Part shown: in pieces, positions 11,422 to 23,058 of the stretch
Layout of the letters: each line of letters opens with the position of its first letter
How positions within the stretch are numbered: the stretch's first letter is position 1
DNA from: Balanoglossus misakiensis
Taxonomy: Eukaryota; Animalia; Hemichordata
DNA: 64,000 nt
NCBI GenBank assembly: GCA_040954595.2
Contig: CM082577.2
Location: forward strand, 11,379,654 to 11,443,653
Direction of reading: 5' to 3'
Translations under genes and position numbers: made by a program
The notes under the pieces: model-generated
What the model was told of the DNA's origin: nothing
Databases searched by the model: none
What the model saw: only the letters and a program-made list of their open reading frames with translations

Positions 11422-14400
11422 GATGATGATGATGATTAATTCATACATGGTTTGACAGTCAATGCCAGAATAGATCGAGTAACAAACACAGACAAGTTAG
11501 AAGTAGATGTACAGGTACATGTAGATCCGAAAATACCTGTAGTCTTGTTTCAATCTGATTAAAAGAATGAAACAAGGAAGGGAGTGAATAAGTCAATCCC
11601 TACATTTAATTTGAATTTGATCGCCCTTTTTTAACTTGTATGAGGTACATAGAGGCATACCTGTCGTATATCTTGGCTATGCGGTTCTCACCACGTCCCT
11701 TCTTCAGACTGATTCGAACAGTGGAGGCATGGGCCAGAATATGTCCACCAATGGGCTTCTTTGGATCTGCTTGGAAACTGCAATTGAACAATTCCAAACA
11801 GTAGTATGATGGCTCTTTGAATGTGCATTAAATATCAAAATCTGCTAATGGTAGTCTGGTAAAGTGTGGTATGGGCAACACACAGTCTCCCCACTTATTA
11901 ATGCTTGCATAAAAATGAAATTTTGAGTTGTATCATCTATTGTATTTGGTATCCACCCAGGTAACCATGTAGTTAGTTGCTATTGATGCAAAGGCAATTA
12001 GAATTGGAAAGTTAATATTTGAACAGTTTATCAGATATTTTGGCCCAATGAACTTGTATCAACTAGTCTAGTTCATCAAGATCACCATTGTCCATAAACA
12101 TACTTATAAATATAAAAGAGCCCAACAAATTTTTGGCATCTTGTGTTGGTAAATTTTGAAGCTGTAGAAGTCCACACAATTACAATATGACTTAATTACC
12201 TCATTGTAGCTCCAGGATCAGCCGTCATCTGATTGGTGATGAAGACGGCAACATTGTACTCTATCAACAAACAAAAAATGCAAGAAAAGAAAAAGCGGTA
12301 AATTTAATCTTAGATGTTAGATGAAGAGTATGCGTGTATGAATATTACTTTTTCGAAAAGAAAAAATTACAAAAACTTTTTCAGATAAAATTTACCTTCA
12401 GAAATCTTCTGCAATCTTGATAACATCTGTGCCAGTTTCTGTTGTCTGTCAGCTAGTTCACCTCGTCCACTGAAGTCGACTCGGAACAAAGCCATTATTG
12501 AATCAATGATCTAGAGAAAATATATACAAGATTCAAGAAAGTAGAACAATTGTAGCCAGTAGATATCAGAGGATTCTATTGCCGGACTTGTTATTACTCA
12601 CCAAAAGTTTGAAGACTCCTGGCTCTTCGTGGAACTTGGCTGCAACATGCTCCAGCAATTCGTGTTGATGTTCACCTGCATGGGAGAAGATACATAGCAG
12701 CATATCATGATGATCATGTTGTTTTTGTGCCTTTTTTATACAGGTGCATTTGGTCTTATAATTGTCTTTTCAACATTCTGAATGAAGCTTAAATGCATTT
12801 TGAAGCACAATAATATCAGACACATTACGCACAAAGTTCACTTGAGGTCATCGTCTCTTCTGTCAAGTGTTATGACATACATGTATACTGCCCCCAATCC
12901 ATATATATATTTACTTTGTTTTTATGGTCCGGCCAGACAAATAGCTGTTACGTTTGCTCTCACGTTGGGAAATATTGTCATGCTTTGCACCTGTAAACCA
13001 TGACTCTTTTAATACCCAGAGAGTAATTACCCAACCCCACCAAGACTTTGCCTCTAGGTCTATAGAGGACGACACACTTGTATGTTGGAGGTAGTCACAG
13101 AGTTATCAAAATCAGAACCTGTACAAGAGAGACTCATTTTTTGACAATGGCATAATGGTCTGAACATTGACCTACTGGTACGTCCATGGTCTTAACAAAC
13201 TGTGCCCAAAGTATTGGGTGTGGACTTGCACCCGGCATCAATTTACCTGACCAGATAAATAATAATTGGTCAGACCAAGTTGCCATAGCAGTGTTGAAAT
13301 GTACTAGTTGGTAATAACAGTGAACTTATTGTGATGTATACTCACTTGTATAGGCTCTTGCATACAGCACGTTGTCCAGCATGGCCTCATGGTCCAAATT
13401 GAAGCGATCTGCGATAGATCTTAATCTGTCAGGACGGCTGATGCCGAGGTTAAGAAAACTGACCTGTCTACTTTATCTGGGAAGCAAATGAATCAGCAGA
13501 ATCCCCCCCCCCTCCCCCCCCCCCAAAAAAAAAAACACCCCAACAACAACACACATCTAGAAAATCATGGTGACAGAGGTGGCAATTTCAACTTTAAATG
13601 TTTCTAGCATTTGGTGCAAAATGTCTTAGATATGGAAGGTGCAATCCAGTGAAAACAATTGTGTGAATTTAATATTGCACTGGGAAACTGTCATATATAA
13701 GTTATCTTTTGAAAAAAAAATGTCACGAAATATCAACAAAAAATTGAAACGTGTTTTCACACATTACAGATCCGCTGCACATTGAACATGTTCAATTGAA
13801 ATTCCATGTTCACTTTTGTGGAAGAATACATTTTATAAACCCACTCAGCTTTATATATAATGATTCTGAACACTTTAGACTTACCATTGTCATCGCTTGA
13901 AGCATAATTCCTATAGAATAGGATTGACAGCAAAAAAAAAAAAAGGATACAATGTGTTCTCTGTGTCTATAAACACCACTTTGCCACCAGGATAACCGTT
14001 AGCTCCAGGTAGTTGAGTAGTGACGCACAAAGTATGCGATATCTGGGTCTTACCAGTTCTGAATTCTCCAAATGCTTCTGTTATTGACATGCTTTCAATA
14101 CCGCCTCCAAGAAGCTTGCTGCAAAGTCAACATACATCGTAGCATTTAAAAAAATATCAATGATTGACAAACAGTAATTGACTAGAGTGCTTGCTTATCA
14201 ATTGTGCAAACAAAATATTATTTTATTGTACTGACATTTCGTGTCTGAAACTGAACTCTCATTATCAAACTGCAGGTGAAATGTATACATGAAAAACAAT
14301 ACAGTAAAACCTGTCTAAACCAAACACCAAAGGGACTGAAGAAATTGTTCGGTTTGCAGAGGTGTCTGGTTTATTGAGGTTCTTTTAACATGTGGTTCTA

Positions 14401-17400
14401 TGTCAAAGGGACAGGAAAATGTGTTCGGTATAGACAGGTTTCCAGATTAGACAGGGTTCGGTTTAGACAGGTTTCACTGTATATAATATGGATTGTAACA
14501 TGGCAACACTTTGTTTTTAAACTGGAATTGAAATGAGAAAAAATTCTGGGCTCTTGAGATGTGGAATCACGCTTACATGTATTTTCTCAAATTCTTGGAA
14601 TATTCATGTTCATCTCTTTTATAATTAATCAACTGTGACACAAATTATCCGCGGGATGTAGAAACCATCAATGAAATTGGTATATTCACTACATTCATAC
14701 TTAAGAAAGCATTCATTTGTGAAGGCTTGTATTTACTCAAATGTGACGTTGAATAATTTATCTTGACTATGCTTGCAGTCAGCTTTTGTATGTTTAGTTT
14801 CAAATAAATACAAGTATAGCATCGGGTACATTAAAAGAACAAACTTACTCCAATTCTGAGCTTCCTGTTGTAACTCTGAAAACATTCTTGCGTTTCTCAC
14901 TGAACTCCAACGCTGTCAAAAAACCTGGATCCTAATTTTAGAGAAAACAAATGACTAGTATTAAAGTCAGATTCTTTCATAAATGATGCATTGATTATGA
15001 AATCACACGGATATTTGGAACAGCATGCCCAGGGCCTGAGGGAAAATGTACATATGTTTCCATTTCAGATCGTGTGCAAAATTTTCTTCAGAAAATCAAT
15101 AGACACCAATTAGGGAATGTCACAAAAGATGTATTATTGATGGTAACTATATAAATATTGGATAATTCATCAAGTTTTCAAGAGAAGAATGACTACCACC
15201 ATCCAGGGAATCTCCTGTATTTGAAAAACAGCTGGATGTGTGTGCACTGTAAGTAGACCATCAACATTGTATCTTAGCCATAGGATAACACTGAGCACAA
15301 GAAAACCCAGTCCACTTCTATTGTCATTCATGATTGTCATGAAATTTTGCACATCGTTCAATCAAAATTAGTTGCACTATGTGACCAACTTCAATGAACA
15401 TTTTTGTCTGCAAAAAAACCTATCAGATGACATGTCCACTTTAATTCAGTTTTCTATTCCATTTACACTACAGTGATCACTGTATTCAATTAAAATGATA
15501 CTTACAAATGATAATCTAAATCAAACGAAAATATAAACTTGAAATATGATCGAACTTCCTGGTACAAAGGGAAAAAATTGACAGCTTAAAATAAAAGGCT
15601 CATATCTCAAAAACTTACCAATAGTTTGCCTGCAGCTTCTTTGATCTTTTCCATCTTAGCTTCCGAGATACCTTTGATGGCACACAGATGTTTGCGTGTG
15701 GTCATCAGGATTCCCTGTCAGTTAAAATGTAATACAACCAATGTTAAAAATGATATAGGGGTAGGCCAGGTGGGGGATGTTTTGTGGCCTGTATATTGTG
15801 AAGCGTCTTGGTGGGTCTATTCCCGCAGGTGACATCATTTATGCACTTGTTCTACACCTGTTGGAGAGGGAGTTGAAGAATCCAACTTTGTGTGACCACT
15901 TCACATGACCTCAATTTTGTCTTTGTTTCTTATAATTTAACTTTATCTGGATCAAGGAAACCTTTTTTTTCTTTGCACCAAACCCTGATTTTTTAAAACT
16001 AAATTTCGACCTTGTATGGTCAGACCTGATATTTTGTACATTTCAGTAATGCTATAAAACTACTTTAATTCAGTTTCGTTAACGTAGCTTTTGTAAGGTA
16101 TGAACTGACTAGTCCATCTTGTCATAAACCAAACATTATTTAAAAACTGGTTGCCATACACCAGTTATACTTTGGGGAAATTTATTGCTTGATATTGCTA
16201 ATATTACTAATGCTAATATTGTGATATTTTTTACATAAATTTACAACATTCTCATTAGTGGGCACTAGCAATGCAATTTATGAATTTGCCCTAGCTGGAT
16301 TTCTGTTAAAAATTGATGTATCTTGTCACCTTAAAAGGCCAAGTTAGCTATGACAGTGAAATTATTATCAAGAATAATTATATTTTGTATAAAGTCAGCA
16401 TTTTACTTGGATTATCAGTAATGTATTAATTTGCATAAGTGATGTTACACCTATAATAATGTCAAATGACAAATGGTCTGTGTTACATTAACCCACTTTT
16501 AATGTCAATATCAAAATTTATGACACATGCACATGTAATCGCAAACATCCTATTTGCGCAATTTTCAAAGATTTACAAGTGTAATAATTTGTGCGCTGGT
16601 AGTTTACATTCAGACATGCCTTTGTAAATGTGTTATTAATTCTCCCAATACCTGTGGCAATGAAGACATTTATTGCCAGATTTTATTAAAGTAAGAGGTA
16701 ACTCATTTGAGTCAAAATACTTTGTCCTCATGCACGCTTATTAACTTTGAAGATATGCACAAATCCCAATCTAAAAGTCCTCATTCTGGATTCAATATTT
16801 AGTTTTGAACTTCAAGAATGAAAAGGGAAATTGCCCCTTAATAGGTTTTACCTTGACTGTACAGATCCCGGAGGATTTCAGTTTCTTGATATCTGCAACA
16901 TTCTGTCATCAGAAAAAGAAACATTGATAAACACTAAGGTAGCATCAGTGACATATAACGGTAGGTCATAAGGAGGTGACATCATTTATACTTTTTTTAA
17001 GGTGTGCAGTCCTGCTTTGTAAAATATCTTAAACTTATACAGTTTTGGGTTCCTAGCCTATATGGGTGTTATTTGCCACACAATAAAGGGCAATTAATCC
17101 AGTGGTGTTTTCAGAGCAGTTTGAATATATATGGCAGTTCACTTAAATACACTAGTTAGCAATGGAATATTTGGCACTGCCAATGTTATTATGTGAAGGT
17201 ATGCAGGTGTTTTTATATTCTGCACATGTTGCATCAATTAAAGAAGAGGGGACAATAAATGCACCTGTCAGACCATATGTTTGTACTTTGAACTCTTTTA
17301 GGATACTGTCTCTCAGCAAATGAACATTTGGTGGCATGCACTATGTGAACATCACTGAGATGACTTCAAGTTCAAGTGAGAATTTTGTTTTGCCAAATAA

Positions 17401-18014
17401 TATATAAAACTGTTTTTGTCAATTTTACATGGTTCGCACTTAATTTGATGCACAATGTAGCTATCATCAAAGTCTACAATTTTATAAATTACATTCTTTT
17501 TTAACAGATATATTAAATACAACTTACAATACCATGATTCTGCAAAAGATCTATGTCTTGGAAGAAAGATTCCTGAAAAAGACAAGATATCAAATTGTGA
17601 TAAAGAAAACAGGTAGCAGGAGTAAGGACAGCATACATACAATAAGGGCCACTATATGTTTTTGTTTTGTGAATGTCGATGCAAAGTCCCATAGCTGCCA
17701 TTTTTAGCATAATTTTAATTGACAACATATTTTGATTTGTTTATATCATAAGTTGACAGACGACAATATTGTGTATTCTTGCAAAGGGTAGCCAAATAAA
17801 CAGGTGTGACACCCGTTTATTATTTGACTTGTTCATATTTTACCCTTTCAACACCATTGTTCAATCCAAACCCACTGTTTTCTATGGTAAGGTTGGACCT
17901 CTAAAGAGTAAAGAGGTTGATAATTTGTTTGTATAAAACGTTAAAAAGTGAAGATTTTTCTACCTCATCAATATCATCTTGAAGCTCTTCTTCTACAACT
18001 TGGTCTGTTGCCAT
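11163..18014 (-). CDS. DMC1: Meiotic recombinase DMC1 (340 aa)
   Basis: Minus-strand coding exons: 18014-17964, 17572-17528, 16902-16852, 15714-15619, 14931-14849, 14118-13951, 13437-13346, 12675-12602, 12510-12396, 12260-12200, 11777-11661, 11232-11163(TAG) = 1023 nt. Walker A GEFRTGKT, Walker B LLIIDS, DMC1-type motifs [77 protein letters not shown]. Confidence 0.97.
11376..11435. repeat. (ATG)n microsatellite in last DMC1 intron
   Basis: About 20 ATG units with one GTG interruption. Confidence 0.95.
13438..13950 (-). other. U12-type (minor spliceosome) GT-AG intron in DMC1
   Basis: Minus-strand 5' splice site GTATCCTTTT (13950-13941); branch motif TTTCTTAAC (13457-13449) about 12 nt before the terminal CAG; no polypyrimidine tract. 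Confidence 0.88.
14300..14481. mobile_element. Tc1/mariner (Tigger/pogo-like) MITE, family B, copy 1
   Basis: TA+CAGTAAAACCTGTCTAAAC ... GTTTAGACAGGTTTCACTG+TA; very similar copy at 44669-44852, diverged copy at 48994-49397. Confidence 0.82.
17839..17920. mobile_element. piggyBac-like mini-MITE, degenerate copy
   Basis: ACCCTTTCAACACCAT...AAACCCACTGTTTTCTATGGTAAGGTTGGAC matches the 5045 and 43275 copies. Confidence 0.5.
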
Positions 18015-19347
18015 TTTGTGTCGAGTTGGTCTATTCCTGGTGGATGAAATAAGATTTGATAAACTTCAGCAAATCTGTAAAAACAAAAAAGACAGAAAAA
18101 ACAGACTGACTAAGAATAATTGTTTTACCTTAGTTTATCTTATTTGCACTTTTCATAACTTACAATCTAATTTTCAAGCAATATTGGTCTTGAAACACAA
18201 ACAATGAATCAGCGTGGTATTACTTGGACATTTCTATGCATTATTATAAAAGTAAGTTATTCTTCTATTCATCATATAATTATAAGCCCAAAATTTGTCA
18301 AAAAATTGATTTAAAATTGTGAGAGTTGATCAGATGGGTTTTGAAAAAATGTCAAAATACCAGCAGCAAGCTTAAAATAAATAGAGAAATGTTAAGGTAA
18401 GATTTTGCATGGGCAGTACATTTGGAATCTTGCCAACAATATAGCAATCAACACATAATTGAATCTTGATCTCCCTAATGAGAATTACTATACATGAGGG
18501 ATCCCTTACATGTTTAAATGATACAATGTTATTTACGTAGCTTGCTTGACATACATGTAGTATATATACCTGCATTTTGATTTCCTGATTAATTAGATAA
18601 ACAGAAGGCTAGACTGTTTCTTGGACTGCATGAACATTAGAAATTAAAATTAATGTGGTACTGACGAGGTTTAAATACTCTGTGGTAATTATGAGTAAAA
18701 TACTTGAACCTAATATCATCTAGGAAGTTGGAGAAACATTTATCACAAAATGAGTTTAAGGCATCAGTAGGAGTTAAAATTAAAACAACATTCCATCTGA
18801 CAGGAGGCATATGGGTGATTTACAGTACATTGGTTGATTTGGGCCAATTTTGCAAAATGCATTCCCAGGCTAGGCTGGTTACTCCTGTCAGCCTTCGTAC
18901 AAGAGAAAAATTAGATGAGGAAAACGTCTTTTGAGGAATTTTCTCTCTTTTGTGGCGGTAATTTACATCCTTAATATAGAAAGTATTGACTTATATGTGG
19001 TATAGGTTGGTACTTTTTATGGGGTCACTCAAAGTCAACAAGACGTCACTGTCTTCAGCGTTCATTCGGGGGGGGGGGGTCGGTTCATCTTGCAAGTTGC
19101 AATCATTTTTTTCCGACTTTGTAAGGAATTGTATCATAATGAAATATATTCTATACAAAATACTAGTACATGTACATATATACATCAACATAGAAGCACA
19201 AAATGCATAAATTTGAAGATGACCGAGAAATTTGCAGTGAATGAATATTGCAGCCAAGATGCAAGAGAGAGGAGGCTTGGGAACGCATTTGCTATGAAAT
19301 CTATTTAAAATGCATGTCTACAGTTTCCAAATGTAACGTCACCGTAC

Positions 19348-20273
19348 CTGGATGAGGCAAAAGTCCGACAAAATCGATGAAAATTTCACCGACAGGTTAA
19401 TTCGCTCTGTATGGCACCAATGCGTAACATATGTGCGTTTTCGTCAGCGTCTGACTGGATTACCGCAGGCTAAGTGAAATATTGGCGGGATTTCTAAAAG
19501 GCAGACGACACTGCACTGACTGCCGCGCCTGGCGCCTGCACTCAAAAGTGAGAAAATGTCACGAAATTCCAAGACTTTCGAAAAAAAAGTTAGAAGGTAG
19601 TTACTATATTTAAAAAACATAGGGAATTGGTACAGATAATTACTGAAGGAGAATAAATCACGGAATAAATTCGTCAGAAACTCAAAACTGTTACATTTTC
19701 AGAAAGCCAATGAAGGGAGTAACCATTGTACTTGAAGGGTGAAGGCACGGTCTCCCCAGCCGGCCCAACAGAGCAAAGTTTATGATGGATTCTGTACACA
19801 TGTACTATGGTAAAAGGTGGTCGTGATTACTTCCCTTCCCATAGACCTGTGGATAAACATTTACCACAGTATGAAACAAAGAATTTATAATGTTTCATAA
19901 ACAATTGTTAGTACCACACAAATAACTCTATAATTTAGTGTAGGATAATTTTTATAGCGACTGAATGTGGAGAAATTATTTCTTTACATTCTCAGAACTA
20001 CTTTAATAATTGTGCAAAGCGAACAACAATCATAAGAATGTATTTGTAATGACGCCAGTCTTGCAGGGTATGACTACTGTGCATCCCCGAGATAAATAAA
20101 TGGACTGTCCCGCTCGCGCGCTTGTGTTTGACCTTTAACCTTTACTCTGGTTTGAAATCGAGGCCACAGTGACAACACGTGTATTTTGGTTTTCGTTACC
20201 TCGGGGAAGCTTTACGCAGAGAGGACGAAACTGTTCCCTAAATCGCCAGGCAGAATCCAACAAAACATAAGCA
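19348..20273. promoter_or_regulatory. Divergent DMC1/SNU13 promoter region including a probable non-coding DMC1 exon 1
   Basis: Minus-strand donor CAG|GTACGG at 19348/19347 and acceptor before 18036; CpG-enriched patches near 19430-19540 and 20100-20420; E2F-type TTGGCGGGA at 19482-19490. TSS positions not observable. Confidence 0.55.
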
Positions 20274-23058
20274 ATGGTAAGATTTATATGTATAGTCCAT
20301 TCAAGTGCATTCGTCTGGGTAAACGTTGCCACTGAAATCGTAACGTTGCCGTTTCTCATCGTCGGTTTCCGAAACGTGCGGCTTATGTTGTAATCAAAAT
20401 GGCGGAGTAGCACGTGTGTGTATGAAGCATTGCATGTAATTTACATTGATCACTGTCTTAGCTTGACGGCAATTCTGCCAACAATTCTTCAAAAAAACGG
20501 GATAAAGGTACACAGAGAATCTACACGTATTTGATTAAGCGTATAAAGAATGGTAACCCCACAGTCACGTTGGGGGGGGGGGGGGGGTGCTGTTGCACCA
20601 GATCCCTGAAGCCGGTAGGTCCTGTTACCACAATGCACATCCACCCAAACATATGAATCATGATGAGGATTATTGGGAGAATAGAAAATATTAAGCATTT
20701 GAAACCCCTTTCTACAGATTAGTAATAACGATCCCACAGATCCCACCCAAATATAAATAACAACACAAACAGCCTAGCCCAAGATAGCTGTGGTACGCAG
20801 CTCAGCTGTACGGGGGGGGGGGGGGGGGCTGTTTACCCCCACAATCACCCCCCCCCCCGAACGGTACAGCTGAGCAGCTAAGCCCAAGACTGATTTGGTT
20901 ATTGATCAGGGGTGTTAATTGTGTTCAGATGACATACATGTACATGAAGCCCTACAAATGTCTGGCTTCCCGTACTTATAGGGCTAATTTTTCCCTAAAA
21001 GACCACAACCCGAGCAACACTAAAATGACCCATGGTCTGGATAATGTAGCTGCATCTCCTTCTCTGACCATGGACATGGTCTTTGAAAAAAAGCAGCTAA
21101 AAGTCGTTAAAAAGTCAAAATAGACTTTCTACAAATTTTCACCAACTTGGTTTGCCTCTGTAATATACAATAACGTAGCCTTGCTGTAATCAGCTTGGCA
21201 ATTTGAGCACAGAAACTAATTATTAATTGTGTTGTGGTAATAGACACAGTGAGTGATTGGTCTCCCACAGTAAGCAATCATGAATGAGTGGTGTGATGAA
21301 TCTCCTCTACTTGCAGGCAACTGAAGAAGTTAATCCCAAAGCCTATCCATTGGCAGACCCCAAACTGACCAAGGAGATTTTAGATTTGGTTCAACAAGCA
21401 GCCAACTATAAGCAGCTGAGAAAGGGGGCTAATGAAGGTAGGGTATTCATTTATTCTCTTATTACAACAATTTTAGAAAAAATACGATTTTGTGCCCAAA
21501 AATGGCAAATATTCAATAAATTATTTGCAGTGGCTATATGGGGCAAAAAATATAGCTTTACGCTAGTCGGGTCTTGCAGCATTTTTTATACTCGTATATA
21601 TATACATTGCTTTACTGAGCAATACAGGGCTACTGTTGTATGATTATTTGTCATTCACTCAGCTTGTTGCATGGTCAAAGTCTTGGTCACCCTCTATCAA
21701 TTTCTGCCTGATTTCCAAAGTGTACTCTTAAAATTTCACTCGAGCAGGTAACCTTCACCCTCACTGTGGTTGTGTGGTCCAAGCTCAATTGAAATTTGTG
21801 AGTGTACACTTTGGAAACTGGCAGGACATTTTTCTCGAAAGAAACATTCTCACTTTCCAAACAAGCCCTGGGTGAAAAACATCAATAATTCTTATTCCTC
21901 TGCAGCCACAAAGACTTTGAACCGTGGAATTTCAGAGTTCATCGTCATGGCGGCAGATACCGAACCGCTGGAAATATTGCTTCATCTGCCATTGCTGTGT
22001 GAAGACAAAAATGTTCCGTATGTGTTTGTCAGGTCTAGACAAGGTGAGTTCTCTTACATTCTAAAACAAAGGCAAAAGGCAATTTTCATGACCCTACATG
22101 ACTTTACATCCTCGTACTTCTTTTGGGAAGAACCCATCAGGTTGAGTAAAAAACTCCATAATTGCAGCTGTAGTCTATGAATTATGCACTGAATTCCACA
22201 AGTGACTCTTTTCCAAGCAACTTTTTTACATGCTTTTCCCCAAATGTTGATTTTTTTCCAACCCCATACCAACAACAGAAGTGTACAAGGAGGTAGGGTC
22301 ATATAGAGGTCATGAAAGTGACCAATTATTTGTGTTTGTTGTGCATAGGTTTTAATTATCTCCACGCCTTTCAAAAATAAGTTTTTGACTTGTTTTAAAG
22401 GGAAATTACCTGTATTTCCTTGTGTAAATCCCTGAAACATGATGAAATACCCAGTATCCAGCCTATCAGCACAACATGTATGTGTAAAGTCAACATTGCT
22501 ATTGTGCAAAATTTTTATTCAAGTCAGGACTAGAATTTATTTGTCAACAATAACAATGGCCGTTACGCACATCCAGGCTATGTTGACAAGTGGAGCAATG
22601 GGTATATTAGCAGGCTGTTTGGAGTACAGCAAAGAATTACATTTGATACACAGACCAAAAATACTGGAAATAAACCCAAAAGTTACAGCTAATGTCCCTT
22701 TACATTGTAAATGAAAACAAATATTACATTCATATATATTCTGTACCAGGTACATGCATATTGTATCACATCAGTGTAGAGCTAATAGTTAATATGAATA
22801 TGTGATAACAGGTTTTATTGGTTATGTCAAAAGAATGTAAATGTCAAAAACCTTATTAGAATGAAAAGCCAAGACAAATTTCAATTTTTGCTTGGGTGGA
22901 AAAAGCTGATGTTTTTTCTCTGTTTCTTGTCAGCTCTCGGTCGTGCCTGCGGAGTGTCTCGTCCAGTGATTGCCTGCTCAGTTACCGTCAACGAAGGTTC
23001 TCAGTTGAAACCGCAGATTCAAGCTGTGCAGCAGAACATCGAGAGACTGCTCATCTAA
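20274..23058 (+). CDS. SNU13: SNU13/NHP2L1 (15.5K; U4/U6, U4atac and box C/D snoRNP kink-turn-binding protein), 128 aa
   Basis: Exons 20274-20276 (ATG only, then GTAAGA), 21317-21437, 21906-22043, 22934-23058 = 387 nt; [10 protein letters not shown]...[50 protein letters not shown]...[18 protein letters not shown]...IERLLI*. Confidence 0.97.
20785..20880. mobile_element. 96-bp foldback element with 9-bp TSD (MULE-like)
   Basis: Ends TAGCTG..GCTCAGCTGTAC / GTACAGCTGAGCAGCTA with internal G-run and C-run; exact flanking repeat AGCCCAAGA at 20776-20784 and 20881-20889. Confidence 0.65.

Noticed and set aside
21640-21712. Possible intronic box C/D snoRNA in SNU13 intron 2 (ATGATTA...CTGA)
   Set aside because: Imperfect C box, no terminal stem and no rRNA/snRNA antisense element that I can recognise; would need snoscan/Infernal.
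22432-22445. CTGA-aac-ATGATGA (D'/C' or K-loop-like motif) in SNU13 intron 3
   Set aside because: No supporting stem for a K-turn; a competing GTATTTC/GAAATAC stem uses the same bases; eukaryotic SNU13 binds K-loops poorly.
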